The notes beneath the pieces were generated by a model, which saw nothing but the letters and a program-made list of their open reading frames with translations, ran no database searches and was not told the origin of the DNA. A program made the position numbers and the translations under genes. Positions 38,632 through 52,847 of a stretch of 64,000 nt of DNA are shown piece by piece. The DNA lies in the NCBI GenBank assembly GCA_973851085.1, contig OZ316776.1, forward strand, positions 8,990,001 through 9,054,000, in the 5' to 3' direction. This DNA comes from Ptychomitrium polyphyllum. Its lineage: Eukaryota. The stretch's first letter is position 1. The number at the start of each line of letters is the position of its first letter.

Positions 38632-41600
38632 TTACAGACTTTTGTATTGTTCAATAAGCTTGGATGCCTGCAATCGAGATGTGGGGTCCGTTGTGCAACC
38701 GAGACTCCGCAAAAACGCGATCTGAGAATGCAAATTAAAAATATAACAATTCAGTCATAAATCAAACTTCAACCAAAAATTAAAAATTAAATATGCAATA
38801 TCATGTAAAAACTTCAGGATGATAAGATGAGAACCTGCTTTGGTGTAGCAGCTGCAGCACTCATTGAACGCTCACTGCACTGCTGCTGAAAATGCTCCTG
38901 TACGAAGCGGGTTGCCAAGAATTCCAATGCAAGTTAAGCCCAATATAATCTTGCCACCATTCAGATGTAAAAGAACAAATATCTTACGTTATGATGTTTG
39001 TTGCGCTCACTGCATGGAGCTTCAATGCAGTTCGAGCGGTATTTATATTCACCTCCGCATTCTCACTATGTAAAACCTCCAATTCGCTCGAAACATACAT
39101 GACAATGCAATAGGCAACACTTACTTGGCGCTCAGCCTGGAGGAGTGCGCGCTCCTCTGGTGGTAATCTTCCCCACTTGATTGCCTGAGTGAAACACACT
39201 CTTAGTCAGCGAATTCCGATTTATAGACGTTGCCCTAGTGGAAACGCATGCTTTGAAAAACTGACAGATTCATATCAAAGAATCAAATATGGTCATCCTT
39301 ACGTTCTCCGCAAAAGCGAGAGCTGCATCATCCCTTAGACAACACTTCAGAGCAATTAACACCCCCTGCAAGGTGCTCCAGAAATTAGAAGCACTCATAA
39401 TTTAAGGGGACGATCAGTTCTATAAGAATCACGCTAAACAACCGCGCATTTTTAATAGTTTAGCGTTTTCTAGCAACGCATTTCATTAGTCAAAGTTTTT
39501 AATTACGGCAACATGCTGCAGTACCTTATTCTTAGTAGTTTTGCTCCGCAATCGCTCGTCCACAACAAAGCCTACCTGAATTAAACCATAAACCGACTCG
39601 GTTGTGAGGTTTAAAATAACAAACCAGCACATTTAGCACACACAGAATCCGGAGCTAAGATTCAATCCTTTCAAACAGTGACATGAAAATTAATATAGAA
39701 TTCCAATAATGAGATAATTGACAAGTGGACACGGGGTGTTGACAACTGAAAGTAGCTTCGGACCAAGCAAATACCTAGTGTTCTCATGCAATTCACAAGA
39801 ATGAATGTTTTTTATCAATTCATATTAATACTCCTTTGACCATTTGATTTACTAAAATGCTCCATCAATTTCGTTATGAAAGCGTAAAGCTTCAATTATA
39901 TCTCTGTCGACACATCCGGCCTGAATTGCATCATAACGAAATCAACAAACATAATTGCCTATTTACCTTCGATAGCAGGCGCTTAGGATCCTGAAATGCA
40001 GGCTTCTTAGCCCAGGTATGGAATAATGCTGCAACTGTAGATCGCGCCTCCATGTTGAACCTGCAAAGAAATACTTTGATTTCAACTTTATGATTCTTAA
40101 CTGATGGCACGATGTATGCATTTTATGACGTGTGTCCATTTGGAAGTTTCTGCAAACTAATCATTAAAAAATTGGTCAATTTTCACATTTGCGACAATTG
40201 TCAGAGGTTCAGGCTTAAACCTGTAAATAGAAATTTATTACAACAATGATGTAATCAGCCAGTACCAATATTCTACAAACTGTAACCGCAAAGCAATGAG
40301 AGACAAATAGCAGGTGATGCAGTTCCAACGGCCATTGTTGACTCACCCCTTTAAAAATGTGCTTGCAGTTGCTCCATAGTCAGTGTCTGCAAATGGTACG
40401 CTCTCCGTATCTTCATTCCCTTTTGCACTTGTCTTCACAAATAAACCTTCCTCGTAGGCAGAGTTATTATGTACGCCATTCGCGTCAACCTGACCACCAC
40501 CTTCCTGCTTAGCCGTGCTCCCTGTTGAGGTCAGGTGGGATAAATTGCTTGCACTCGCGCTTCCAGCCACAACAACAGGTTTAGTGTCAAGATGGCTGCC
40601 TAATGAAGAATCAGTTTCTCGTAAAGCACCAGCAGGATTCTTTTGTTCAGTATCGCCCTGTACCTCAAGAGCCACGAAAACAACTGATTTAGCTTAAATG
40701 TATATCTCATCCCACAGATATACATGTGGTGATAACTATATTTACAGGAATCAGAAGGTCTCAGCTTCAAATTTTGCTTCAGTATGAAGTCTTTCGATAT
40801 ATCTCGGCTGGAAATTTCAGTTATATGTCATATTAGATAACTATGTATGCATGTATACCTCATAATTCTTAAGTTAGCTCTCGTGTAATCTGCAAGTGAT
40901 TTTTCGCCTACTTTGCAACTTAGCCAATAAGAAACGAGTCTCTCAAGAAGAAATGCATATCTCATCCACCTGAAAGTGCAGAAGATGGCGCGGTAGTTCC
41001 TTCAAAAACCGAGAAGGCTGTAGGACCTGCGATAGTACTGCCGTCAGAATGAAGAATATAACAGCATGGATCATTCTGAGATGCAAAGCCATTTGTTTCA
41101 TGGTCTAAGACTAGCTAACTTTTATAACTGACCATGAAGCAGCATCTCTTATTATAACTTCTAACCTGCCGTTGACTGTCCACCACCACATAGCAGATAT
41201 AGAGCTTCTTGCATGCACGAGTCATGGCCACGTAGAAGAGGCGCCTTTCTTCCTGCTCAACACATTCGGTGATATCGTGTACTTTAAGTAGAAATCATCG
41301 TATAGTCGTATACTGTAACTACACTGCTTAAACAGGACACGACAAGCAAATGTGACTCACCGAAGATTCAAGACCATGCATGTCGCCTTGATAAGGAAGA
41401 ACAAGAGCAATACACACAAACCTTTGGAGCCCAAAACCTACATTTAATTATAGTTGTATTGCACCTCAACTCCACCTCAGAGCAATCGCTTAACAATAAG
41501 TGCTATTTCCAAATGCAACAACCATATACAATTAATAGGATCTAGATCAAAAGTGATTATCACCTCAAGGGTGCACGCGCCGTCTCCAACTTGACCTCTT

Positions 41601-44600
41601 CCCTCGTTTAGTAATGGCGTCTCTGTGTCATTTGCCTTCAAATAAACAGTATGATAATTTAGTGATTGTGTGAGCAATGTTGCTAAACTGCTATTTTCGG
41701 TTGATTAATCTTGTATAAATTCAATATAAAGCAAAACATTTAATATTCACTGATGCTTTTGTAGGAAACTTCACAAAAAGTAAAAATAACTACCTAGCCA
41801 AGTGGGAGTAAAGGTCTAACTAAACAAAAGCTACCTGAATAAGAATTAAAGCTATCAATGAACACTTTCCACTGCTAGCGCATCCAACTCGAAGTGGCCT
41901 CAGTTTATCAAAATTTCAACTAAACGTAAACATGCATAATCCTCCATTCTCGCAACAGCATTTTACAAGCGCCCATGAGCTTTCGGAAGTCTTAATGACA
42001 TTACCTTAACAATGTATACAGTGTCCCATTCCAAACCCTTAGACTGCACTCATGATCACGAAGATTTGAACCTTGTCAGAACTGAAATATAAGGTCGTTT
42101 TATCCTATTCGCATCCATACATATTAATATGGAAAGTTTTCCTTTGAATGTATGAAACGTCAAATTTGAGACTGACATCATTTAAGCTTTACCAAAGTAT
42201 GACTAAGCCATAAATGGATTATTTCCATTTCTACTCAAAATGGGCTAATTCCTCGGTCCATGGAATAATATGCAAGTGAATTGATGCGCCAGAATTTGAA
42301 GAGTTGATGCTATTCAAATGCAGGAAATTCAGCTTAACCCACCAGGAAGACAACATTTGCAAGCCCAAAACTTGATAGCTTTTAGTTGGCTTCAGTGAAG
42401 AGGTTGCAAGAAAAGTAAGACGAAGAAATACCTGATGCATTGTTGTTAATGTTACTGAGTTCTTGTTCTCTTGTCTTCTCTGCTGGAAATTATCTGCTTC
42501 TCGACTCACTAGATGATCCAAGAAGGCCTTGAGTACCGGGAGACAACCGTCTACCCCTTTAGGCACTTGCCCACAATCTATTGACTCATCTTTACCATCG
42601 TCTAAGAATGAATTCCAGAAGTTGCTCAAGAACTCGTTGACGTCATCAAGGAAATACTCGAGCACCTACAAATCAAGCTTAGACATATATGAGAATAAAC
42701 GCCAGATGAACTCTGAGTAATAAGAAGAACTGGATTATCAAAGAACTCACAAAAAGCCATCGATCGTAATTAAAATACGATGGGAAAACACGGTATATTA
42801 TCCATACTTGTGGATATCGAAACATCAACGATTAAAGCATATGGATAAAGAGAGACATGGGCAGTTTTCTAAAAATATCAGAGCCAGAACTTCAGAAGTT
42901 CTCAGAAGCTGCCATTTCTGCGGTATCGTGCCTTAGGTCACATAGTCAAGATATCTCAAACATCACGACATCTTCACCTATCATTTATCTACTGAAAGTA
43001 GTAAATCTAGTGTTCTGATGTAAAGATTAAAATACCGTTCGGGAGTCATCATCCTCATTCAACAGCTTTCCTCCCTCCTCATCCAGTACTGCGCGCGATT
43101 TGAAAACAGACTTCTACATTTCATTATACAAAACACATTAAATTTCCTCCGGTGCACACGTGAACATTTCGAACCAATTGTTCTATATTCACGAACACAA
43201 CCAAGTGAAGAAGATCCCACCCTAAGAAAAAAAAAGATCATTTACAGTTAAGGTGCAACAAGCTTACTTGAGGCAGCAAATTGACGACAGCTGTGATCAA
43301 TCCGGACAATGAAGGCTCCTGGTAACACCCATTACAATACATGTCAAGTAGTTATTGTTTATATTTTTTCCAATATTCAAGATAGAGAACAATACAACAG
43401 CATTTAAGAGCCAGATTTTAAGGTTAGGCTGTAATAACAGGTACTGGATCCAGAAACTGCAATGAGGAAGAACACGAGTAATGTTCCTGCATGAGCTATT
43501 GTCCCAAGGTCGTGCATTAGGTTCAGTGTTTGTTTCGGCGCTAAAGTACCTTGTGAGCAAGGCGGTGAACCATATCAACCGACGTGAGCACCCTCCTCCC
43601 CACAGCAAGCTGCCTCCTGCCAGGCTCAAACAGACTCTAAAGCGCAAGGTGAAAACCTGTTAATTGCACGAGCTCGGGAGGTCGTTTGACCTACATTTGT
43701 TTCACATATTCATCTACCTTCAAAAGCAAGCTGCTGGAATATTGTCCTAAAGAAAAATATAGAAGAGCCACAAAAAAGCATAGACAACCACCAAGAAACA
43801 AATGATTATTGGTCGTCCGCTGTTTCGGACTCAGTGTACAAGTGCGAGGACACTAAGAAAGGTAAATGCTGGATTAACAAGAAAGTGCTGCAAAAGCTCG
43901 GACCTGCTGAAAGTGCCAGAAACCTTAGCCGTAAATATCGTTTTAGCAGCTAGATGAAAACTAGATTTAGTAGCTTTGGCAACTTTATCCACGTATTCTA
44001 CAACCTGCAAAATACGGCAAGCAAAGTAATAGACATTACATACTGATAAGATTAAAGTGTGATCAAGACTGCGTAATATGAGCTGTTGTCAAGCTTAATT
44101 GACGAACTCTCTTCATTATAAAATATAATATACTGCAGATTGAAGTCCTGTAAGTTGTCCCTTTCTCGATCCCTAAAATTTCATGAGCTATTGCAAACAC
44201 AAGACTCCATGGTTAAATTCGTACTAAATTGAACAATAAGTCCAGCAACAGCAATACTGCCACGAGGTGGTTGCCGTTTTACACGAACGATTAAACCTGA
44301 TATTCGAATTTTCACGAATAACTTCAAAGATGGAGATGATCTAGTTCATTTTAAACCACCAACCACCTTGAGTTAGCATTTTGACAATACCCCGACAAAA
44401 GAAAACAGAGAATTTAAACACTTCAAGAAGGGAACCAAAGCAATAGAAAACGATAGTGTATGTACTGCAATTTGAAACTGACCCTTTTGGATTCAGCTTT
44501 GTCTCCAGGATACAAGGCCTTCAGGACTCGACGCCAATATATATCCGTGTTGCCTGGTAGAACAGTCCAGAGCATTGACATCACGTTCTTTATAATCTGC

Positions 44601-47600
44601 ACCAAATGTACATATTATATGGTCAATTACTTGTCTACTTGGATGATCACATAGTTTCTGACATACTTAAGACCAAAATTTCTTAAAAGTGGCATTCCAG
44701 AGAAGAATGTGCAGTATTTACTTTTTTACGGTAGAAAGCAACTCCATGCACATTGAATGGGATCTTGCGAGATCTAAATGCAGCCTGAAACATTTTTCCG
44801 GTCAACTGCACACGGATGCAATTAATAAAAATGTTGAGGAAGAAATCTGAACATTCAAGAAATGATGATGATATGACATCAAGTCAAAATATGATGATAA
44901 CAAACACTGGCACGCACTTACTTGGCGACGATACAGGACAGCGATGTTTCCAAATGCAGGGTCGGAAGAACCCTTGCCAGAACCATTCATAAGAATGGAG
45001 TCTACAACGAACGAACATTCTGCTGCCTCCGTTCGACACTCCACCACCGCAATCTAGTTGCAATGGCTCTCAAGGGTTAGCTGATTCTCCAGGGCTACTC
45101 AAATCATTACTTGAGTAGCACTAGCAGATTCGAATAAGAAGAACCTTGTTGGATCATGAACATAAGTGCGGTGGAGACCGCAATGAAGCTGAAGCAAAAA
45201 AGCTTGAATACATAAAATTTTAATCACTTTCATAAACCCCAATTACAAATTGGCAACCGACAGGTTCATGTAGAAAGGTTTGAAAGACAGCAATAGTCAA
45301 CTGAATAGCAAACTACCATATTACAGGATACTGATTCACAATAATCTACCTTCTCTCCAATATCATTGTCTGTATGAGCCTGTTTTTCTTGACAACGTAT
45401 CTTGTTGTACTTTATCAAGGAGGTGGCAGCCTCCACAATAGAACGAGTCGATCGATAATTCTGATGAAGCCTTACCTGCCAACAGAGCAACATCAGGAAG
45501 ATTTTTCAGTTCATTCAACTTTGAACAAAAATAGAAACAATATTGTCCACCAATGTGACTGATACATCACATCCTATCCATGCAGCTCAAGCCAATATAA
45601 TTAACATCCCATAAGATGCAGGCAACTTTATAGCTCACAAGCTTGATTCTAGCCAGTCAATACGAAGTGGGAGCTACAGATGGAGTACCTCCCTGAGCAA
45701 AGGAAAATCTTGACGAAAAGAGTCAAACCCAGAAGTGTCCGCTCCATTGAAGCTAAAAATGGACTGCAGTCAGTAAGAAGAAGGAAACATGCGTGAGAAA
45801 GAAACTTTTGCCAATTCCATTTGATTGGAAAGCTTCAGCACTCAGAAGTGGTGACTCTGCGTACACGCACACGAATCTAAGTAGATATGTGTACCAACGC
45901 CTCACTGTCCCTTCGCTGCTCCAGATAAGCGAACAGATATCAAATCAATCACAACAACGCCACAGGTCAATCCAGTATTATCCAGCTAGCACTAAAAGCT
46001 GCTGAACATTACTCATGCTCAAATTGCAAACATAAATAGATTAAACAAACTAGACAGATATCATGATAGGTATTGGGCATAAAACCTGATCATCGTCACC
46101 AACAATAGTGACTCGATTGTGCGAAGCAAAAAGCCGAAGGAATCGATACTGCGTAGTGCTCGTGTCTTGGAACTCATCCACCAATACACAAGTCCATGTT
46201 CTCTGACATTCATTCAACACTGCCCCTTCCACATTAAACTCAAGCTTTTGCATTTCACGTGAATTGTGTGATTTCGTGTGATTTCATACAAATTGCAGCA
46301 TTTCCATAGAAGAAGACCTGAGATGTTCATAAAAAATAATTCAGCTGTAATGTCGAGGGATTAGGATTTCTGATTATTGTATTCACCTTCAGAATTCTTC
46401 TCAAGCAGGGACACAGCAAAACTGATGAAATCATGATAATCAAGTGCATCACAAGCGGCCAAGGTTGCCTCATAATGCCTCAGGACAGCGGCCTGCAGCA
46501 AGAAAGATCAATGAATGAGAGGTTCCATGGTGTTCTCAAAATACTTCAGTCACTCATGAAGGATAATAGATAACCCTTTTTCTACTAAATTTTAAGAACT
46601 TAACAAAGCAAATCATATTTACAAGGCTTTATTCAGCCCAGCCTAGCCATACACAAGCAATCCAACCTCACCCCAAGAGCATTTCCCATTCTCTCATAGT
46701 CCAAGGAAGTTCTTCCAGCGGCTTTAGCCTACAAAATCAGACACCAGCTCCATATAAGAATCTTCACTTTAAAGACTGGTAGAAAAAGAGAAAAGAGTTG
46801 GCCAAAACCGAGTTGTTCAACGCACTGATAACAGCTTGGGTCTCTGAGCAGGCATTAGAGTAGTATACTTAACCACTCCATTAGCAGTCGACATTAACTA
46901 ACGCATGCATTATTATTTCACATCCATATTACAGACTGTGAGAAAGACTGCGTGAAGTATGTTTGATGTTTAGTGCGAATACATCAATTTCAGGGGATAT
47001 TGACTACCAGCTGAGAAGGTACTCTCGTTCTCAAATTGACTTGGTACATTGCAGGTAAAATGAGCTGAATCAGGTGAAACAATTAAATCGTATTTTACCG
47101 GCATCCCAAAACTTACTTGTGTGACAAATTGTTGCCATTTCTTGGCCTTCTCTTTCCACATTGTAGGATAAAGGTCCCTCCCTGCTTCACTTTCATGTGC
47201 TTCTGAGGAATCCTTCACAACAGAATTCCCCGGAACAACCTGAGTTTCTAATGTGGCCATTCGGGTGGCCTCGATTACAGCTCTCCTTTGCTGCCCATGT
47301 CCATACACAAGGAACTCTGGAGAACGTCCTAATCTGCCAATATGATCGTTTTAGAGGTGCTACTTAAAATATAGTAACTTGTGACTGCACGTTATACAAA
47401 CAAGCATTGATAGTACAGTCCAGTACAGATTATTCAACAAAAAGCAGAAAAATAGATGTGTTAGTAAGAAAATCCTCGCCCCTTTAAGATAATTCTAGTT
47501 ATCGCAATTTTCCAGGAAGTAAAGAGAGTTTCTTCCATGCTTGACTAACTCACTTATCTGCATGAGCCCGGCAAAGCTGTAGACAAAAGGAATGAAATGT

Positions 47601-49607
47601 TGAAATTGTGAGCTCCTTCGAAACAGCTTTGCCAGTTGCTACTGCCACACGTTGTCTCATCTCAGTTGCTGCAGCCGTTGTGAAGGTCATAGCTAAAATG
47701 CTCTTCGCTTCTACCCCCTATACATTATTCAAGAGAGATGGATGAGATTGTCCAGTTCTTTTTCCGAAACTTAAATCACTTACAACAATACATAAAAACT
47801 GACGATGCTACTACATTTGTATTTTCATTATAACTGCTCCATTTATAATTTCAATTACAGACGCCTCAATCTATGATACACTCAGTTTTGAAAAATCAGC
47901 TGTACCTCACGCAGAAGTGTCAGAAGTCTTGCAACCATAGTGGATGTCTGCGAGGCACACCAATATGTTATTAGGAAAGCAGAAGCAAGGAGGGATTGTT
48001 TAATCAGTACGGAAGGAACAGTAATCATGCTTGCCAAAGTGTTCTATGGTCCCACCTTTCCACTCCCAGGCCCTGCCAATATGAGCAACGGCTTTAAGGT
48101 ATCACTTAACGCTGCTTTCCTTTGAGACTCGTTCAACTTTTTCAAGTAGTCTGGAAGTACTGTATCACAAAGGGTTTCCTCGCTTGCTGTAGCAATCAAA
48201 GGCTGAGCAATTGAAAGACCAGAACTGGCTGGGATCAGCCTTGCAGTAGAGGATTTTAACGTAGAATTGGCCGGAGGGATTCCTTCAGCTGTAGTAGTAG
48301 ACTCTACAGTCGAATACTGCGTATCCCTGGGGTTAGCGAGATCATCATCACCTAAAACAGGCAGCGTATAGGAAGTAGAGTAGCTAGCAATTACAGGCTC
48401 TCCCCCATGCCCTCGACTAGCTGATGCAAAATGGTGAAGCGGCCAAGAAGATACACTGCCAGATTCCGTCGTATTCGAACATGCGGATGAAGCAGGCCGT
48501 TCTGGTGCTCGCATTTCCACGTCATGCAGTTCAGCTCGCGGTACTTCTGATTGCAGGACAACAGGATCAGGCAGAAAATCCGTAGAGCACGGCCTTGACA
48601 CAAGCTTGCAGGGGGTCTCGATGGATGCCGCGGCAACCCGAATCAGACAATCAGTCTGTTTCTTACAAATTTCATCTAATTCTCGCAGAATTTCTTCGTC
48701 AAAGTCATCACAAATGTCTCCAGGTAACTCGTATTCGAAATCACTATTTCTCGATACACATTCCTTGGACAATGTATCAGGTCCAGGATAGGGAAGTGGC
48801 GTTTGCATCCTGCTCGAGCCATCCAAGGAAGCGTTTTTACTGTTGACATTCTGGAAGTCGGTGCAATTCGTTGGTGAATTGTCAGTTATTCGAAACTGAA
48901 AATTTTGTATAAACATATTTTGTGACATAATTCCAAGGGGTGTCCTCTCCGTTCTATCTGGCAGAATTGAAATGCACGTCCTCTTGACAGAGGATTCATT
49001 CCTGGTAGAGAATTTAAGTCAGTGCAGTGCTTCCAAATAGAAGGAACACATCTTCCAAGTAAAACATGAATGCAACCCAAATAAAACAGACGACATTGTC
49101 AATAAACAACAAATTTCATCGCAAGAGGAGCAGTTACCATTAACTAGCATGTCTAATTATGAAAGAACGAACTTCTTCTACACTCGTCTGATGGCAATCC
49201 GACTTGATCTTCAGAAGATCTCTTTGCAAGTTCGACTGAAAAAAAGCTTTGTAATTCCAAAACAGTTGCCAAAGACTGTCGAAACGCCACTCCACAAAAT
49301 TATGAATGAAGTCAAACAGTGATCACAATGCCAAGAGAAACTTAATGAAAATCGTGGCAGGGGGTCAAAAGCATCAACACCTGAAGTTGGGAGACGCTGG
49401 AGGACACCTTCGTCCGCGAGGCAAGTCCATCGGAGCGTCATTCTCCGAAGTGGACAAAACCAAAGGCCGCGGAGAAAAAGGAGCTGAATGAGACAAAGGA
49501 TGCGGACGCTTCTTCGCAAGCTTCGCCTTCGCCGCACGGAAGTTATCAGTAATCCTGCGCTGCTGCTGTTCACTGAGCTTGAAGCTCCCACCTGGACTCG
49601 ACATCAT
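38632..49607 (-). CDS. SRS2: SRS2-like UvrD/Rep-family ATP-dependent DNA helicase, more than 20 exons
   Basis: Q motif and Walker [10 protein letters not shown]...[26 protein letters not shown], Walker [57 protein letters not shown], and the plant-type C-terminus [29 protein letters not shown]. Confidence 0.95.
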
Positions 49608-51951
49608 AGACTACTACAGAAACTGCAGGCAATACCATGGCAATCAACGAGCATCGCCATCTCCCAGTAGCCTGGGCCTACAATCGCACCACGACTCTCT
49701 GCAGAAGAATCAGGTAATTTATCTGATTCATCTTCCGAAAACAATCTATCCGCAAAGTGGCGCAAGCCTCAACGAAAGGAGACTCCTCGCACAGAGAGCA
49801 CAACAAATTCTTTCCGCATTCATGAGCGGAGCAGAATGAGGCAACAAACTTTCCACACTCGTACTCTCGTCTCTCTTCTCAAACTCCAAACCATGCATTG
49901 ATCGTCAATCAACTCAAGGCACGACGCAGCAAAGCACACCACGAATGATTCTCCAAACCTCCTCTTAACAACCAACACAAAAGAAGAAAAAAAATCTCAC
50001 AATGTCGTGGCCTTGTCCACTCTCGGGATACCTGACTGATACCTGTGCGGGTGTCACCTTAATATAGCGTCAGTAACACCTAGGTAGCGGTTGTGGTGAG
50101 CACAGCTAAACTCCCAGTGTCAGAGTCCTAAATTTGTGAGGGTGACGCAGGCGTTCTTAAAACGGCCTGGAGCAAAAGCTTCAGCGAGAAGCTAACTTTC
50201 AAACCATTAAAAAGCGGGAATAGATCTAGAAATCTACATAAATTGTTCATTTCGTTAGCGGTCCTGCTTTTGAATTGCATCGGCTTGAGACACGCCCCGA
50301 TTTAAGTTGGAAAGGCCTGTGTCCCTACAGGCGGCAATTCCTCCTTTCTACGAACTGCATAGATGACAGAGGATCAAGGCTGTCACTTTGGAAGATATTG
50401 TTGGTTTTTTGGACAGTGACGGTTTTGGACATGCTTTGACTATTTTGAACTTAAGAGGATTGCAGTTAAAACTTTGGGCAGGGGCTCCACTGTTGTAAGC
50501 CTTGATTACTGTAACCTATCTTTGGCCTATAGAGTGATTATTACAGTCAACCATGAACATCAATATTGCTTTCCTGCAGTTTAATTTTTACAGCCCCTGT
50601 ATCTGCGAGTATTCTCCTTGAAGATTCTATGCGTTGAGTTTCTGCGTGGATTTTCCTTTCAAATATTTTAAAAGTTCTTGTAGTAAACTTTCAACAACAA
50701 GGAAATAGCCTGAAGTATGAGTAAGCATTAATGAGGTAATAACCACCCCTGTAGTCGGAGGATTCTTTTTATGTAGGGCTAAGATTGTTATGAAATTTAG
50801 AAGCCTTAACAGACAATTAAGGGATAACTAAAAGATTGCAAGTGAACATAGAGTACTTTGCACAGCATTTTAAGCAATTCATGGTATTTGCAGTTTTTCA
50901 TACATTTAGATTAAAAGGAAAAGTAATAAGATCTATGCTTTTCAAATTAAGTGTAAAAAAATACAAATTGTTAACAATTTTGTAATCAGTATTTTATAAA
51001 CTGTTAAAGTTGGAGCAAAGTTGAAAAGTCTTAAGGATTTATTTTACTGATATTCAAAGAAGAAAATTACTTTATTACTGGCTTACAATGTATATGAATG
51101 AAAAATCTTAAGGATACTATTTGAATTATCTTGATGCTGTTTACAACATAGTCCATTAAATAAAACTACTACTAGAACTAAAATAACTTGATTGTAATAT
51201 AGTTTGTATTGCATTTTTATTCATTCTGTAATTTTTCTTGGCCAACTCTAATACTTTTTAAAGGAAAAATACTTCTTCTTTTTTCCTATTTTGTAATCTT
51301 TCTTGAATTTCATCCATCTTTAATATTCACATACAAAAAAGAAACTAGTTTAATTTATTTTTTTAGGTAGCCTTTACATTTAACAACATTTAATATCATT
51401 AAAGAACACCAATAAAAAATATTATCATGTTATTAAATCTTTTATTTTATGTATTGCAATGCAATGCCAATGGCTTCAAATTTAATGATGGTTTTGATGT
51501 GTATTCTCCACTTTTAGAAATTACTATATAAAATGTTGCCACATTTTGATTGACACACATTTTTCATACTTTATAATGGCGCACAATTGAACACGCTAAG
51601 ATAGTTTTATGTAATTAAAGTGAAATAAAATAATTGAAGTAAAATTGGAAGTTACAATTGCATTAACAACCATTGAGAGGAGAATATCAAGTTGGTATCG
51701 TCACAAATATTGTAGCTAAGAGTTTTTAGTACAAGAGACATAGAAAAACTAAAATTCCAATAAAATCTACAATTTGTGTTTTACTTTAAATGCAAGATTA
51801 CTTTAGTAACAAGGTAATAATACTTACTTTTTGATATCATGGTTGTGTTCATGGGTAGAACATGCACAACTTATATTTGTATGTATATTTGCAAAGTTGC
51901 AACATCATTCTCATACTACAAGCATTGACAAGCCCTTTCATTCCAGATGCA

Positions 51952-52021
51952 CAAGCAGAAGTAGAAAAGTAGTATTACAAAGCTTTCAAGCAGAAGTAGA
52001 AAAGTAGTATTACAAAGCTTT
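51952..52021. repeat. Exact 35-bp tandem duplication
   Basis: caagcagaagtagaaaagtagtattacaaagcttt x2. Confidence 0.9.
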
Positions 52022-52847
52022 GGATACATGCATACTGACTCAAGAAACCAAGATTGATCAAGTAATATTACACCTCTCGATACACAATGCATCTGCTTAT
52101 GCATCTTCAGTGCTTGAGCTTCTCTTCTTAACAACATTAGGGGGTATCCGAGTGGGGCAATACCTCTTGGGATATGTGAATGTGGACGAACTCCATGGGC
52201 AGCATGTCAGCATTGAGAAGCTCCGCTGGCTCCTCATCCCTTTTGGTTTTGCGACACGGTCTTCCTGCATTCTGCTGCACATGACCCACACCGAACACCT
52301 TCCACGTCCTTCGCTATCACAACCTCACTTACGTAACGTTGGTCCAGAGCAGGGTTAAGAGCAGAACCCTGAACGTGAAGGAGAAGTATGGAGGAGCAGG
52401 CACGTTGACACAGTGGAGGTTATCACAGGGATTTCACGAGGTATCACACCCACTATGAAACTCCTACTGTAATTTGTGTGTTTTCGAGTCTAAACGAAGT
52501 ACTTCTTATCATATTACCCACGGTTTTCACTTTAATTTCTACCTTGAAAGTGTCAGTGAAGTCTTACAAAGCTGTTATTCAATTTCACTCTGGGCATTGA
52601 TTCTGTGTCAAGAATGTTGGTTGAGTTTCCTGAGCAGGATGACTGCAGTAGATGCACATGTGAAGTCATCAAACAGAACATCAAACGGGATGAAATGAAA
52701 ACGTAGGAATCGGACCCAAAAATAAATGATTGTATCAAACACAACTTGATATTTACAGCGCCACGTTCGGCGCACATGGATGGCTCATTTGTCCTCATGT
52801 TATGATCGGTCCAAGACTAAATTTTAAAACCACTCTAAAATTTAAAT

